Source of the DNA: an uncultured Gemmatimonadaceae bacterium | GTDB taxonomy: Bacteria; Gemmatimonadota; Gemmatimonadetes; Gemmatimonadales; Gemmatimonadaceae | Length of the DNA: 64,000 nt | Reading direction: 5' to 3' | Assembly (NCBI GenBank): GCA_963843845.1 | Contig: CAWJMB010000002.1 | Coordinates: 704,001-768,000, forward strand | In this document: positions 18,894 through 30,600 of the stretch, piece after piece | Numbering within the stretch: position 1 is the first letter of the stretch | How the letters are laid out: every line of letters begins with the position of its first letter | Notes under the pieces: generated by a model | Databases searched by the model: none | What the model saw: only the letters and a program-made list of their open reading frames with translations | Told to the model about the DNA's origin: nothing | Made by a program: the position numbers and the translations under genes

Positions 18894-21194
18894 TCACCAG
18901 TGGGCGGCGCGGCCCAGGAGCAGCGCCACCTGCTCGAGCACCGGGATCTCGCCCGCGGGCACGGGCTGCGGGCGCAGGTCGAAGTGGCAGAGCGTCCCGA
19001 CCGCGCGGCCGTCCGCGGCCCGCACCAGCGCTCCGCAGTACGACACCACGGCGTCGGCCGCTGGATGCCCGGCTCCCCGCAGCTCCGTCCGCGCATCCTC
19101 CACGGCGAACGGCCGTGCCGTGGCACCGACCACCGCGCAGTAGGTCTCACGCATCGGTGCGGCGGCCCCGACGCGGAGCGTCGGATCCTCGCGGTCGTGG
19201 AGCGCGACGCTGCGGAGGATCTCGCCGTCGAAGCGGTACAGACCGGTGTAGCGGTACGCCACGCGTCCATTCAGGTACGCGAGCACCGCGCGGACTCCGT
19301 CCGCCGCGCCTGGGTGATCGGCGAGGAGGCGCCGACACGCTTCGACCTCGCTCGCGGGATCGTTCGCGCCCGAGCCGCCGGGCACCGATCCGTTCGGCGC
19401 CGCCGGGGGCGCGTGGCCGGTGGACACGGCCCGTGGGAGGGTGAGGGTGAACGTCGATCCCTCGCCCACTCGACTCTCCACGGTCAGGTCGCCGCCCATG
19501 CCGCACGCCAGCTCGCGGCAGATCGCCAGCCCCAGTCCGACGCCGTCCCGCGTGCGATTGAGCGAGGGCGTGACCTGCACGAACGGCTCGAAGATGTGCT
19601 CGAGCCGCTCGGGCGGGATGCCGATCCCGGTGTCGCGCACCCGCACCAGGACCACCGCGCCGCCGTCGGGGCCGGACGCGGCGTCGCACGACAGGGTGAT
19701 CGTGCCCGGGGGGTCGGTGAACTTCACGGCGTTCGTGAGCAGGTTGACGAGGATCTGCTGCAGCTTCTCGCGGTCGGCGCGGGCGACGAGGTCCGAGCAG
19801 TCGGCCGTCGCTTCGTAGGCGATCCCGCGCGCGCGCGCCTGCGGCTCGACGAGCACCGCGACGTCGTCCAGCGCGGGGCCGAGCGGCACGTCGGCGACGG
19901 CGTAGTGAACGCGTCCCGCTTCGAGCCGCGCGAAGTTGAGGACGTCGTTGATGAGACCGAGCAGGTGCTGCTGGCTGCGCCGGATGCGCACGAGGTCCGC
20001 CTGCTGCGCTTCCGTCACCGGCCCGCGGAGCCCCAACTCCAGCAGCTCGGTGTAGCCGCCGATGGCGTTGAGCGGGGTCCGCAGCTCGTGGCTCATCGTC
20101 GCCAGGAACTGGCTCTTCGCCGCGTTCGCCGCCTCGGCGGCCGCGGTGCGTTCGGCGAGCAGCGCGTTCATGGTGTGGAGGGCGGCCTCCGCCTCGCGCT
20201 CGGCCGTCACGTCCCGGATCTCGACGACGGTGCCGACCGGCACGCCGTCCTCGAGGATCGGGCTCGCCGTGCAGAGCACGGGGAAGTACGCGCCATCCTT
20301 GCGGATGAAGACGTCCGCGTGCGCCCGCACACCGCTGTTCTCGGGCAGCGCGCGGTCGATCGGGCACTCCGCCTTGGGATATGGCGACCCGTCCGGACGG
20401 TGGTGGTGGATCGCGTCGTGGAGGGGGCTGTGGCGGATCTCGTCGAGCGTGAACCCGGTCATCGCCACCGCGGCCGGGTTCATGTAGGTCGGATGGCCGT
20501 GGCGGTCCATGAGGAAGAGCGCCGACGTCGCGTTGTCGGCCACCAGCCGGGTGAGCGCCGCCTGGCGCTCCACGGTCGCGACGGCCACCGCGCGCCGCGT
20601 CAGCTCGTCGGCGGCGAACGCGGCGACCTCCTCGAGCACGGAGGCGTCGTGAGCGGTCCAGCTCCGCGGCGCGAAGTCGACCGCGCACACCGATCCGAGC
20701 ACGTGCCCGTCCGGCGTGCGCAGCGGCACGGCGGCGTAGGCGACGATCCCCCCCTCGGTCGTGGCGCGGCTGTCGCGGACCAGCGGGTGCGCGCGTGCGT
20801 CCTCGACGAGCAGCGGCGCGAGGTTCCCCGCCTGCGCCCGTTCGACCACGTGCTGGCAGAACGAGGCGTCGAGGTCGACCGACATCGACCAGCGGGCGGG
20901 GTTGCCGTCCGGGAGCGCCTCGGCGTGCGCGGCGCTCGCCAGCGGCACCTGGGCGTCGGCCGTCACGATGTTCACCTGAGCGACCGGCGTGCGAAGCGCG
21001 CGCGCCGCGAGCCGGGCCATCGCATCGAGGCCCGGAATCGACCCGTGCGCGAGCCCCGTGGCCGCCACCGCGGCGAGTCGCGCCGGATCGACGAGCGCGG
21101 CGTGGCGTGCTCGGGGCCCGAGGCTCCCGGCGTCGTGCTCGGCGCCATCGAGCAGGCCGGCCGCAATGTCCGCGCGATCGTGCGGAGCAGTCAT
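18894..21194 (-). CDS. Sensor histidine kinase, GAF-PAS-HisKA-HATPase-GAF
   Basis: MSHELRTPLN H-box, NAVKFT, DTGIG, GLGLAIC; GAF motifs at both ends (GSVCAVD; GTLCHFD). Confidence 0.92.
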   Translation of the reverse strand: MTAPHDRADIAAGLLDGAEHDAGSLGPRARHAALVDPARLAAVAATGLAHGSIPGLDAMARLAARALRTPVAQVNIVTADAQVPLASAAHAEALPDGNPARWSMSVDLDASFCQHVVERAQAGNLAPLLVEDARAHPLVRDSRATTEGGIVAYAAVPLRTPDGHVLGSVCAVDFAPRSWTAHDASVLEEVAAFAADELTRRAVAVATVERQAALTRLVADNATSALFLMDRHGHPTYMNPAAVAMTGFTLDEIRHSPLHDAIHHHRPDGSPYPKAECPIDRALPENSGVRAHADVFIRKDGAYFPVLCTASPILEDGVPVGTVVEIRDVTAEREAEAALHTMNALLAERTAAAEAANAAKSQFLATMSHELRTPLNAIGGYTELLELGLRGPVTEAQQADLVRIRRSQQHLLGLINDVLNFARLEAGRVHYAVADVPLGPALDDVAVLVEPQARARGIAYEATADCSDLVARADREKLQQILVNLLTNAVKFTDPPGTITLSCDAASGPDGGAVVLVRVRDTGIGIPPERLEHIFEPFVQVTPSLNRTRDGVGLGLAICRELACGMGGDLTVESRVGEGSTFTLTLPRAVSTGHAPPAAPNGSVPGGSGANDPASEVEACRRLLADHPGAADGVRAVLAYLNGRVAYRYTGLYRFDGEILRSVALHDREDPTLRVGAAAPMRETYCAVVGATARPFAVEDARTELRGAGHPAADAVVSYCGALVRAADGRAVGTLCHFDLRPQPVPAGEIPVLEQVALLLGRAAHW

Positions 21195-21457
21195 CGAGAT
21201 GGCGAGCGTGACGGGCGGTTCACGCGACGCGCGTCGCGAGACGAGGCCGGTCGGTGAGCGGACACGAACCCACCAGCGGCAGGCTCCGGCTTCCGGAAGC
21301 TAATCGTGCGCGGCGCGTCCGAGGTACGCCGGCCGCTCGCCGAGGTGCGCCTGTCGCGTGGGCGTGCGCCCTGCTACCCATCGACGGTGCGCGCACGGCA
21401 GACCACGACGATCGGCGCACGGAACGGCCCGGGGGCGGGCCGCAACACGGGAGGGGT

Positions 21458-24137
21458 GTGAGGCAGACGACTGGAAGCACCGGGGAGGTGGCGACGGGCG
21501 CGGACCGTGTCGCCGCAGAGCAGCTGTTCGCCGGCGCCGGCGAGCTGCGCGCGCGCTGCCGCGCGCACGACTGGGCCGCCACCCCGCTCGGACCCGTCGA
21601 GGCGTGGCCGCAGAGTCTCCGCACGACGGCCACGACCGTGCTCGCCCTCGGCTTCCCCGCCATCGTCCTCTGGGGGCCGGAGCTCGTCCAGCTCTACAAC
21701 GATGGCTACGTCCCGTTCCTCGGCGGCAAGCATCCGGAGGGGCTCGGGCAACCCACGCACGCGTGCTGGCCCGAGGTGCGCCACCTCACCGAGCCGGTGT
21801 ACGATCGCGTGTGGGCGGGTGAGACGGTCACGCAGGCCGAGCAGGTCTACCCGCTCCGGCGGCGCGGGCCCGAGGCGCCGCCGGACGACGTGGCGATCAC
21901 GCTCACCTTCGTGCCGGTGCGCGACGAGGCGGGCGAGGTGGGCGGCGTCTTCGTGACGCTGTTCGACGTGAGCGCGCAGGTCGCCGGGCGCGAGGCGCAG
22001 GCCGAGCGGGCGCGGCTCCTCGCCGAGAGCGAGGCGGCGCGGGCCGACGCCGAGCAGGCGCGGGCCCAGGCGGACGCGGCGCGCCAGGCGGTGGAGGCGG
22101 CGGGTCGGCAGCTGCAGACCGCGTTCGCGCAGGCCCCGGCGCTCGTCGCCGTGACCGAGGGGCCGGAGCACCGCTTCGTGCTCGCCAACGCCGGGTTCGA
22201 ACGGATCGTCGGCCGCGGGGGCCTCGTCGGGCGCACGACGCGCGAGGCGCTCCCCGAGCTGGAGGCGCAGGGGGTCCACGCGCGGTTCGACCTGGTGTAT
22301 GCCACGGGAGAGCCGTTCGTCGCCGCCGAGCACCGCGTGCTGCTGCCGCGCGACGATGGCGGCGCACCGTACGAGGGGTGGTATACCCTGGTCTGCCAGC
22401 CGCTGGTCGGTCCGGACGGCCGGGTCACCGGCATCCTGCAGCACGCCGTCGAGGTGACGTCGCAGGTGCGCGCCCGGCAGGATGTCGAGCGGCTGCTGGC
22501 CGACCAGGCGCGCGCGGCCGCGGCGCTCGCCGAGAGCGAGGCGCGCTTCCGCGCCGTGCAGGACGCGTCGCCGAACGGCTCCGTGCTCATGCGTCCGGAG
22601 CGCGATGCCGCCGGCGTGATCACGGACTTCACCTTCGTCTACGTCAACGCGGCGACGACGCGCCTCCTCGGCGTCGGGCCGGAGGCGCTGGTCGGGCGGG
22701 CGCTCTGCGCCGTGTACCCCGACTCGCCGACGAACGGCTACCTCGCCGGCTACCGCGGGGCCTTCGAGGACGGCGTCGCGTTCACGGTCGAGGAGGACTA
22801 CGGGCGCTTCGGCCGCCCCGCGCACCTGCACGTGACCGCCGTGCGCGCGGGCGACCTCGTGCACGCGCACTTCGCCGACGTGAGCGCCGCGGTCGAAGCC
22901 CGGGCGGAGCGCGAGCGCCTGCTCGCGGCCGAGCGTGCCGCGCGCGCCGCCGCCGAAGCGGAGCAGCAGCGTCTCGCGGCAGTGATCGCGCACCTCCCTC
23001 TCGGTGTCACGCTCGCCGAGGCGCCGAGCGGGCGGCACTCGGTGAGCAATCCGGCGGCGGTCGCGATCTGGGGTGTGCTCCCTGCCTCCCCGGAGGTGGC
23101 GGCGTACAGCCGCGACTTCGTGGGCTACCGCCCCGGGCCCGGCGCGCGGGTCGGCCGAAGAGGCCGCGCGCCGCATCGGGAGTCACGAGTGGCCGCTGGC
23201 GCGCGCCCTCGGTGCAGGCGAGCTGGTCGTCGACGAGCTGGCCGAGATCGAGCGACCAGACGGCACGCGACGGCTGGTGAGCCTGTCGGCCGCGCCGGTG
23301 CGCGACGCCGAGGGACAGGTGACCGGCGCGCTGGTGACGACGATCGACGTGACCGAGCGCGAGGCGATGCTCCGGGCACTCGACTCGGCGCGGCAGGCGG
23401 CGGAAGGCGCCAATCGGGCGAAGAGCGAGTTTCTGGCGGTGATGAGCCACGAGCTCCGGACGCCGCTGAACGCGATCGGCGGGTACGCGGAGCTGATCGA
23501 GCTCGGGATCCATGGGCCGGTGACCGAGGCCCAGCGTGCGGCGCTCGCGCGGATCCAGCAGAGCCAGCGCCACCTGCTCGGGCTGATCGCCGGGGTGCTC
23601 GACTACGCGCGGGTCGAGGCCGGGGGGGTGACGTACCGGCTGGGCGCCGTGCCGGTGGGGGAGGCGGTGGCGGAAGCGGAGACGCTCGTGGCGCCACAGC
23701 TGCGGGCGCAGGGGTTGGAGTTCCGGTGGGCGGGGGCGCCGGCGGGGCTCTGCGTGCGGGCGGACCGGGAGAAGCTGCAGCAGGTGCTGCTCAACCTGCT
23801 CGGCAATGCGGTGAAGTTCACGCAGGCCCGCGCCGGGGTGGCCGGACGGATCGAGGTGACGTGCACGGTCGAGGGGGGCGGCGACGGCACGGCGCGGGCG
23901 GGTGGGCTGGTGCGGATCCACGTGCGGGACACCGGGCGGGGGATCGCGGCTCCGGAGCTGGAGCGGATCTTCGAGCCGTTCGTGCAGGCGGACCAGCGCC
24001 TCACGCGTCCGCATGCGGGAGTGGGGCTGGGGCTGGCGATCAGCCGGGACCTGGCGCGGGGGATGGGGGGCGACCTGACGGTGGAGAGCGTACCGGACGT
24101 GGGCAGCACGTTCACGCTGACGCTCCCGCGGGGCTGA
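21458..24137 (+). CDS. Multi-PAS sensor histidine kinase, frameshifted near 23130-23170
   Basis: DWAATPLGPVEAWP start and PAS domains in one frame; HEWPLARAL, H-box and HATPase in another; probably an assembly error. Confidence 0.85.
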
Positions 24138-24281
24138 GCGGGATGCGCCCGGCGAGCCCGGCGAGCGCGAGGCAGCGATGGCGCGTCGCCTCGATCCGAC
24201 GTTCGTCGCCGGCCACCCGCGCAGCGGATCAGTCGAGCGGGTGCACTGGATTCGCGACCCGCAGGCCATCGACTCCGCCCG

Positions 24282-24740
24282 TCATGACTGGTCCGGGTTC
24301 TCGCCGCCACGGATGCGACGCTCGATGGCGTGCAGGCCGCGGAGCAGCACGATGGTGAGGACGCTGAGGAGCAGCGCGAGCTCGAGCTGCCCGTAGGCGC
24401 TGGCGGCACCGATGGCGCTCGTCGCCCAGAGGCTGGCGGCGGTGGCGGTGCCCGTCACCCGGAGGCGGTCCTTGAGGATGGCGCCGCCGCCGATGAAGCC
24501 GATGCCGGTCATGAGCCCCTGGAGGATCCGCGCCTGCGCGTCGGGCGCCGTGCCCACCGCGCGGAGCGCCATGAGGATGAACGCGCAGGCGGCGACCGCC
24601 ACGAGCGGAAACGTGCGCAGACCGGCGCTGCGGGCCGAGCGCTCGCGCTCGTAGCCGATGGGCAGCGCGAGGAGGAGCGCGATGCCGAGTCGGATCAGCA
24701 GTCGGGCGAGCTCCGCGGCGTCGAGCGTCAGTGGAGGCAT
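24282..24740 (-). CDS. MgtC/SapB family membrane protein
   Basis: IGYERE..AGLRTF, GIGFIGGGAIL, TAASLW. Confidence 0.92.
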   Translation of the reverse strand: MPPLTLDAAELARLLIRLGIALLLALPIGYERERSARSAGLRTFPLVAVAACAFILMALRAVGTAPDAQARILQGLMTGIGFIGGGAILKDRLRVTGTATAASLWATSAIGAASAYGQLELALLLSVLTIVLLRGLHAIERRIRGGENPDQS

Positions 24741-24997
24741 CACCGAGATGGGATCGCGCGTCGTGCGGCTGGCAGGTGGATCGCGCACCGACCGTCCGGG
24801 AAGGCGGGCATGCCGGGATGCCGCGCAAGGCGCGCTCCATCGCGCGCACCGTATGCTCGAGCGACCTCCGGGTACGTCCGATGGAGCCTTCGACGGCGAC
24901 GGGCCGCTCGATGCGGCTGGCGATCGGACGGTCGACACGCGAGAGGGCACCCGCCAGCGCGGGTGCCCTCTCGTACCATCGGGTGTGACGCTGCGAC

Positions 24998-25534
24998 TCA
25001 GCGGCGGTCGTCGGCCGGCGCGGCGGTCGGCATGAGAACCGTGTCGATGACGTGGATCACGCCGTTCGACGCGGCGATGTCGGCCGAGATCACCTGCGCG
25101 CCGTTGACGTAGACCTTGCCGCCGCGGACGACGATGTCGAGCGGCTGACCGTTCACCGTCTTCGGCGTGCCACCCTTCATCTTCACGACGTCGGCGGCCG
25201 TGACCTTGCCGGAGACCACGTGGTAGGTGAGGATCGACGCCAGCTTCGCCTTGTCGGCGAGGAGCGCGTCGATGGTGCCGGCGGGAAGCTTCGCGAACGC
25301 GGCGTCCGAGGGCGCGAAGACGGTGAACGGCCCCGGTCCCGACAGCGTCTCGACGAGCCCGGCCGCCTTCACGGCGGCGACGAGAGTGTTGAAGCTTCCC
25401 GCGCCGACGGCGACTTCCACGATGTTCTGCGTGGGGGCCTTCGTCACTCTCATCGCGCTCTGCGCCGTCGCAGTCCCAGGCGCCGCGATCATGGCCGCCA
25501 CGGCCCCGGCCACCAGCATCATCCCGTTCCGCAT
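24998..25534 (-). CDS. Secreted fasciclin (FAS1) domain protein
   Basis: [29 protein letters not shown]; signal peptide; GAGGA RBS. Confidence 0.93.
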   Translation of the reverse strand: MRNGMMLVAGAVAAMIAAPGTATAQSAMRVTKAPTQNIVEVAVGAGSFNTLVAAVKAAGLVETLSGPGPFTVFAPSDAAFAKLPAGTIDALLADKAKLASILTYHVVSGKVTAADVVKMKGGTPKTVNGQPLDIVVRGGKVYVNGAQVISADIAASNGVIHVIDTVLMPTAAPADDRR

Positions 25535-25555
25535 GATCAATTCCTCACGTAGGTT

Positions 25556-25645
25556 GGTTGTCTAAGACTTGTCTAGGTATACTCGCGGCATATCTCTCAT
25601 ATGTCAAGGGATTGTCGAGATAAATGTTGACGGGCGCTAGACACG
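25556..25645. promoter_or_regulatory. CarH-type operator: 11-bp-phased TnnACA direct repeats in a divergent promoter region
   Basis: TGTCTA at 25559 and 25570; TGTCAA 25602, TGTCGA 25613, TGTTGA 25625; AT-rich island. Confidence 0.7.
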
Positions 25646-25661
25646 GGGGCATGTTCAGCGC

Positions 25662-26651
25662 ATGCAGTCGATACCTCCCACGCCGACACCGGCCGCCATC
25701 CCTCGCCATCCGATCTCGGTCGTCGTCGACCGCACGGGGCTCTCCCAGCACGTGCTGCGGGTGTGGGAACGGCGATACCACGCGGTCGAGCCGGCGCGCG
25801 GCGACGGCGGGCACCGCCTCTACTCCGACGCCGACATCGAGCGGTTCCGGCTGCTCCACGCGGCGACGCGCGCCGGCCGCACCATCGGTCAGATCGCGCA
25901 CCTCCCGTCCGACGAGCTGACCCGACTGGCTGCGGAGGACTCGGCGGCGCGGCTGGAGCAGCAGCGCGTGGCCGGCGCCGGTGAGCGTGTGGTCCCCGAC
26001 GCCCCGCTCGACGAGGTAGCCGCGGCCCTCGCGCTGACCCGCGCCCTCGACGCACCCGGCCTCGACGCGCTGCTCCGGCGCGCCGCCGCGACGCACGGCG
26101 TGGCGACGTTCACCGAGCGCGTGGCGGTGCCGCTCCTGCACGCGATCGGGCACGAGTGGCACGCCGGCCGCCTCACGATCGCGCAGGAGCACCTCGCCGC
26201 GGCCGCGGTGCAGGACATCCTGCTCGAGGCGATGCGCGCCCTCACCGGCGGGGCCGACGCCGCGCGGGTGGTCGTGGCCACCCTCCCCGGCGACCGGCAC
26301 GCGATCGGGGCGGCGCTCGCCGGCGCGGCCGCGGCCGCCGACGGGTGGAGCGTGATCTACCTCGGCGTCGACCTCCCGGCGGCGGAGATCGCGGCCGCCG
26401 CGGCGGCGACGGTCGCACGCGCCGTCGCGGTCAGCGTCGTCTACGTCGACGACCGCCAGCGCACCCTCGCCGAGCTGCGCACGCTGCGCGCGCGGCTGCC
26501 CGCCGCCGTGCCGCTCGTCGTCGGCGGGGCCGGCGCGGCCGCGCTCGCGAGCGAGATCGCCGACGCCGGGATCCGCGTCGGCGGAACGCTGGCCGATCTC
26601 CGCGACGCCCTCCGCGACGCGCAGCGCGCGCCGGCCGCCTCCGCAGCCTGA
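25662..26651 (+). CDS. carH: MerR-family adenosylcobalamin-dependent photoreceptor/repressor (CarH/LitR)
   Basis: MerR HTH (LRVWERRY..GHRLYS); W-x9-EH (WHAGRLTIAQEH); B12-binding DRHAIG. Confidence 0.85.
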   Translation: MQSIPPTPTPAAIPRHPISVVVDRTGLSQHVLRVWERRYHAVEPARGDGGHRLYSDADIERFRLLHAATRAGRTIGQIAHLPSDELTRLAAEDSAARLEQQRVAGAGERVVPDAPLDEVAAALALTRALDAPGLDALLRRAAATHGVATFTERVAVPLLHAIGHEWHAGRLTIAQEHLAAAAVQDILLEAMRALTGGADAARVVVATLPGDRHAIGAALAGAAAAADGWSVIYLGVDLPAAEIAAAAAATVARAVAVSVVYVDDRQRTLAELRTLRARLPAAVPLVVGGAGAAALASEIADAGIRVGGTLADLRDALRDAQRAPAASAA

Positions 26652-26783
26652 TCGCCGCGGCGCGAGCGCCGCAGCCGGAGCGACTCGCCCCGTCCGTCGG
26701 CGGGCGGAAACCCGACGCGGAAACGTCCGTACGGCCCGGACTTCCGCGCTCGACGGCCCCCCGACTCTCCCGCCCGCAGCACG

Positions 26784-27680
26784 ATGGACCTCGCCATCCG
26801 CGGCGTCTCCAAGACGTACGCCAACGGCGTACGCGCGCTCCGCGACGTCACGCTCGACATCCCGCGCGGCATGTACGGCCTGCTCGGGCCCAACGGCGCC
26901 GGCAAGTCGACGCTCATGCGCACGATCGCCACGCTCCAGGAGCCCGACGCCGGCTCGATCACGCTCGGCGACATCGACGTGCTGCGCGAGAAGGACCGCG
27001 TCCGCCGCACGCTCGGCTACCTGCCGCAGGAGTTCGGCGTCTACCCGTCGGTGAGCGCCGAGCGGCTGCTCGACCACTTCGCCGTGCTCGAGGGGTTCAC
27101 CGAGCGCGGCGCGCGCGCGACGCGTCGTCGAGGCGCTGCTGCGGCAGACGAACCTGTGGGACGTGCGGAAGGAGCGGCTCGGCGGCTACTCGGGCGGCAT
27201 GCGTCAGCGCTTCGGCATCGCCGTCGCGCTGCTCGGCGACCCGAAGCTCATCATCGTCGACGAGCCGACCGCGGGGCTCGACCCGGCGGAGCGCGTGCGC
27301 TTCCTCAACCTGCTGAGCGAGATCGGCGAGAACAGCGTCGTCATCCTCTCGACGCACATCGTCGAGGACGTCGCGGAGCTGTGCCGGCGCATGGCGATCA
27401 TCGACCGCGGCGAGATCCTGCTCGAGGCGGAGCCGCTCGCCGCGATCGACGCGCTGCGCGGCCGCGTGTGGCGGCGCGTCGTCGCGAAGCACGAGCTCGC
27501 CGGCGATCGAGCGCGAGCACCGCGTGATCTGCGACGAAGCTGCAGTCGCGGGCGGCACGGTCGTGCACGTCCTACGCCGACGCGCGGCCGGCGACCGAGT
27601 TCGAGCCGGTGGAGCCGGACCTCGAGGACGTCTACTTCAGCGTGATGGCGCGCCACCCCGCGCCGACGGCGGCCGCGTGA
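26784..27680 (+). CDS. ABC transporter ATP-binding protein, frameshifted (~27115, ~27500-27570)
   Basis: GPNGAGKST, YSGGMRQR, DEPTAGLD spread over different frames; C-terminal EPDLEDVYF. Confidence 0.88.
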
Positions 27681-30600
27681 CGGTCGGCGAGGTCTTCCGC
27701 TTCGAGCTCGCGTACCGGCTGCGCCGCCCGTCGACGTGGGTGTACGCGGCGGTGCTGTTCGCCGTGCCGTTCCTGATGATGCACGCGATCGGCGGGAGCC
27801 GGCAGCTACTGAACGCCCCCGAGATGGTGATGAACGCCGCGGCCGTCCTCGGCGGCGTCGGCATGCTCGTGAGCGCCGGGCTGTTCGGCGACGCGGCCGC
27901 GCGCGACGTGCAGTCGCGCATGTACGCGCTCTTCTACACGTCGCCGCTGCGCGAGCGCGACTACGTGCTCGGCCGCTTCCTCGGCGCGGCGCGTCGTGAA
28001 CGCGGTGCTGCTGCTCGGCGTGCCGTTAGGCCTCCTGCTGGCGTCGGTGATGCCGTACATGGCGGCGGGGAAGTTCGGGCCGGTGCGGCCGGCGGCGTAC
28101 GCGCAGGCGTACGCGCTGATGCTGCTGCCGAACCTCGCGCTGATCGGCGCCTGCATGTTCGCCGCGGCGGCGCTCGCGCGGCAGGCGATGGCGACGTACC
28201 TCGGCGGCGTCGCGCTGTTCGTCACCGGCTCGGTCGCGGGCCGCCTCACCGACGGGCTGTCGAACGTCACGCTGTCGGCGATGATCGACCCGTTCGGCGG
28301 CGCGGCGCTGCGCACCGTGACGCGCTTCTGGACGCCGGACGAGCGCGACGCGCGGCTCGTCGGGTGGCCGACGCTGCTGCTGTGGAACCGCGCGCTCTGG
28401 CTCGCCGTCGCCGCTCGGCGTGGTCGCGCTGCTCGCGGCGCGCTTCCGCTTCGTGCAGCCGGCCGCCGCGCGGCGCGCGCGCTGGCGGCGCCGCCGCGTC
28501 GTCGACACCGCGCCCGAGCGCCTGGTGCCCATCGCCGCCGTCGAGCGCCGGCGGCGCCGAGCGCTCGTTCGGGGTCGCGGCGCGGGTGCGGCAGACGCTC
28601 GCCGTCGCCGCGCGCGCGTGGCGCGACGTCGCGGCCTCGCGCGCGTTCCTCGTCGTCCTCGTCGGCGCGCTGGCGATCGCGTTCGGCTACGGCTGGGACG
28701 TCGGCTCGGAGATCTTCGGCACGTCGACGTGGCCGGTCACGCACCTCATCGCCGGCACGGTGCTGAGCACGGCGCTCGGCCCGGTGATGGCGGTGCTCGT
28801 CGCCGTGCTCGCCGGAGAGCTCGTCTGGCGCGAGCGCGACGTCGGGATGGCCGACATCGCCGACGTCGCGCCGGTGCCGAACGGCGTGCTGCTGCTCGGC
28901 CGCTTCCTCGCGCTCGTCGCGATGCTCGTCGTGCTCCAGGCGGTGCTCGCCGCGGCCGGCGTGCTGCTGCAGGCGCTGCAGGGGTGGCACCGGCACGAGC
29001 CGCTCGTCTACCTCGAGCTGCTCTTCGGCGTGAAGCTCGTCGACTACGTGCTGCTCGCCGCGCTCGCGACGGCGGTGCACGTGATCGTGAACGACAAGTA
29101 CGTCGGCCACCTCGTGGTCGTGCTGTACTTCGTGTCGACGATGCTCTCGGGGCTCATCGGCATCCGCCACCGCATGCTCGTCTACGGCTCCGACCCGGGG
29201 TGGGTGTGGTCGGACCTGAACGGGCTCGCGCCGTTCGTGCAGGGGATCGTCTGGTTCAAGCTGTACTGGGCGGCGTGGGCGCTGCTGCTCGCCGTGCTGG
29301 CGAGCCTGTTCTGGGTGCGCGGTCGCGAGCGCGGCGCCGCGCGGCGGCTGGCGATCGCGCGGGAGCGCCTCGCGGGGCCGGCGCTGCGCGCGGCGGCGGT
29401 CGCCGTCGTGCTCATCCTCTCGTCGGGCGGCTTCGTGTTCTACAACACGAACGTCGTGAACGCGTACGCCGAGCACACGCCCGAGGCGGCGGCCGACCGC
29501 CGCGCCGCGTACGAGCGGAAGTACAAGCGCTTCGAGGACGCGCCGCGGCCGAGCCTCACCGCGGCGCGTCTGCGCGTCGAGCTCTACCCGGCGGAGCGCG
29601 CGGCCGAGATCCGCGGCACGTACCGGTTCGTGAACCGCACCGCGCGGCCGATCGACTCGGTGCACGTGCTCCTCCACCCGGACGTCGAGACGCGCGACGT
29701 GCGCTTCGACCGCGCGGCGCGCGCCGTGGTGAACGACCGCCCGCTGCGCTACCGCGTCTACGCGCTCGAGCGCCCCGTCGCGCCGGGCGACTCGGTGGCG
29801 ATGACGTTCGACGTCGCGTTCCGCCCGCGCGGCTTCCGCAGCGACGGCGCGCCGACGGAGGTGACGTCGAACGGCGCGGCCTTCGACCGCACGTGGCTGC
29901 CGATGCTCGGCTACCAGCCCGGGCGCGAGCTGACCGACGAGCGCGAGCGGCGCGACCGCGGCCTCCCGCCGCGCCAGGCGCCGCCGAGCGCGGGGGACGT
30001 CGAGACGCGCGCGGCGGGCGCGCGCGATGTGGAGGTGGTGGACGCGCAGATCGTCGTCGGCACCGACGCGGCGCAGACGGCGGTCACGTCCGGGACGCTC
30101 GTGCGCGAGTGGCGCGAGCGCGGCCGGCGCTACTTCGAGTACCACACCGGCGCGTCGACGGGCTTCGGCGGCGCGATCTTCTCGGCGCAGTACGCGGTGC
30201 GCGAGGCGCGGTGGAACGACGTCCCGCTCCGCGTCTACTACCACCCGACGCACGACGTGAACGTCGACCGGATGCTGCGGAGCATGCGCGCGTCGCTCGA
30301 CTACTACACGCGGGCGTTCGGGCCGTACCAGTTCCGCGCGCTGCGCGTCGTCGAGTTCCCGCGCTACGCCTCGTTCGCGCGCGCGCACCCGAACACGATC
30401 GCGTTCTCCGAGGGGAGCGCGTTCCTCACGCGCGTCGACTCGGGCGACGTCGACCGCACGTTCTTCGTCGTCGCGCACGAGACGGCGCACCAGTGGTGGG
30501 GCGGGCAGGTCGTCCCGCTGCGCGCGCCGGGCGCCGGGATGGTCTCCGAGATGCTCGCCCAGTATGGCGCGATGATGGTGCTCGAGACGGCGTACGGCCG

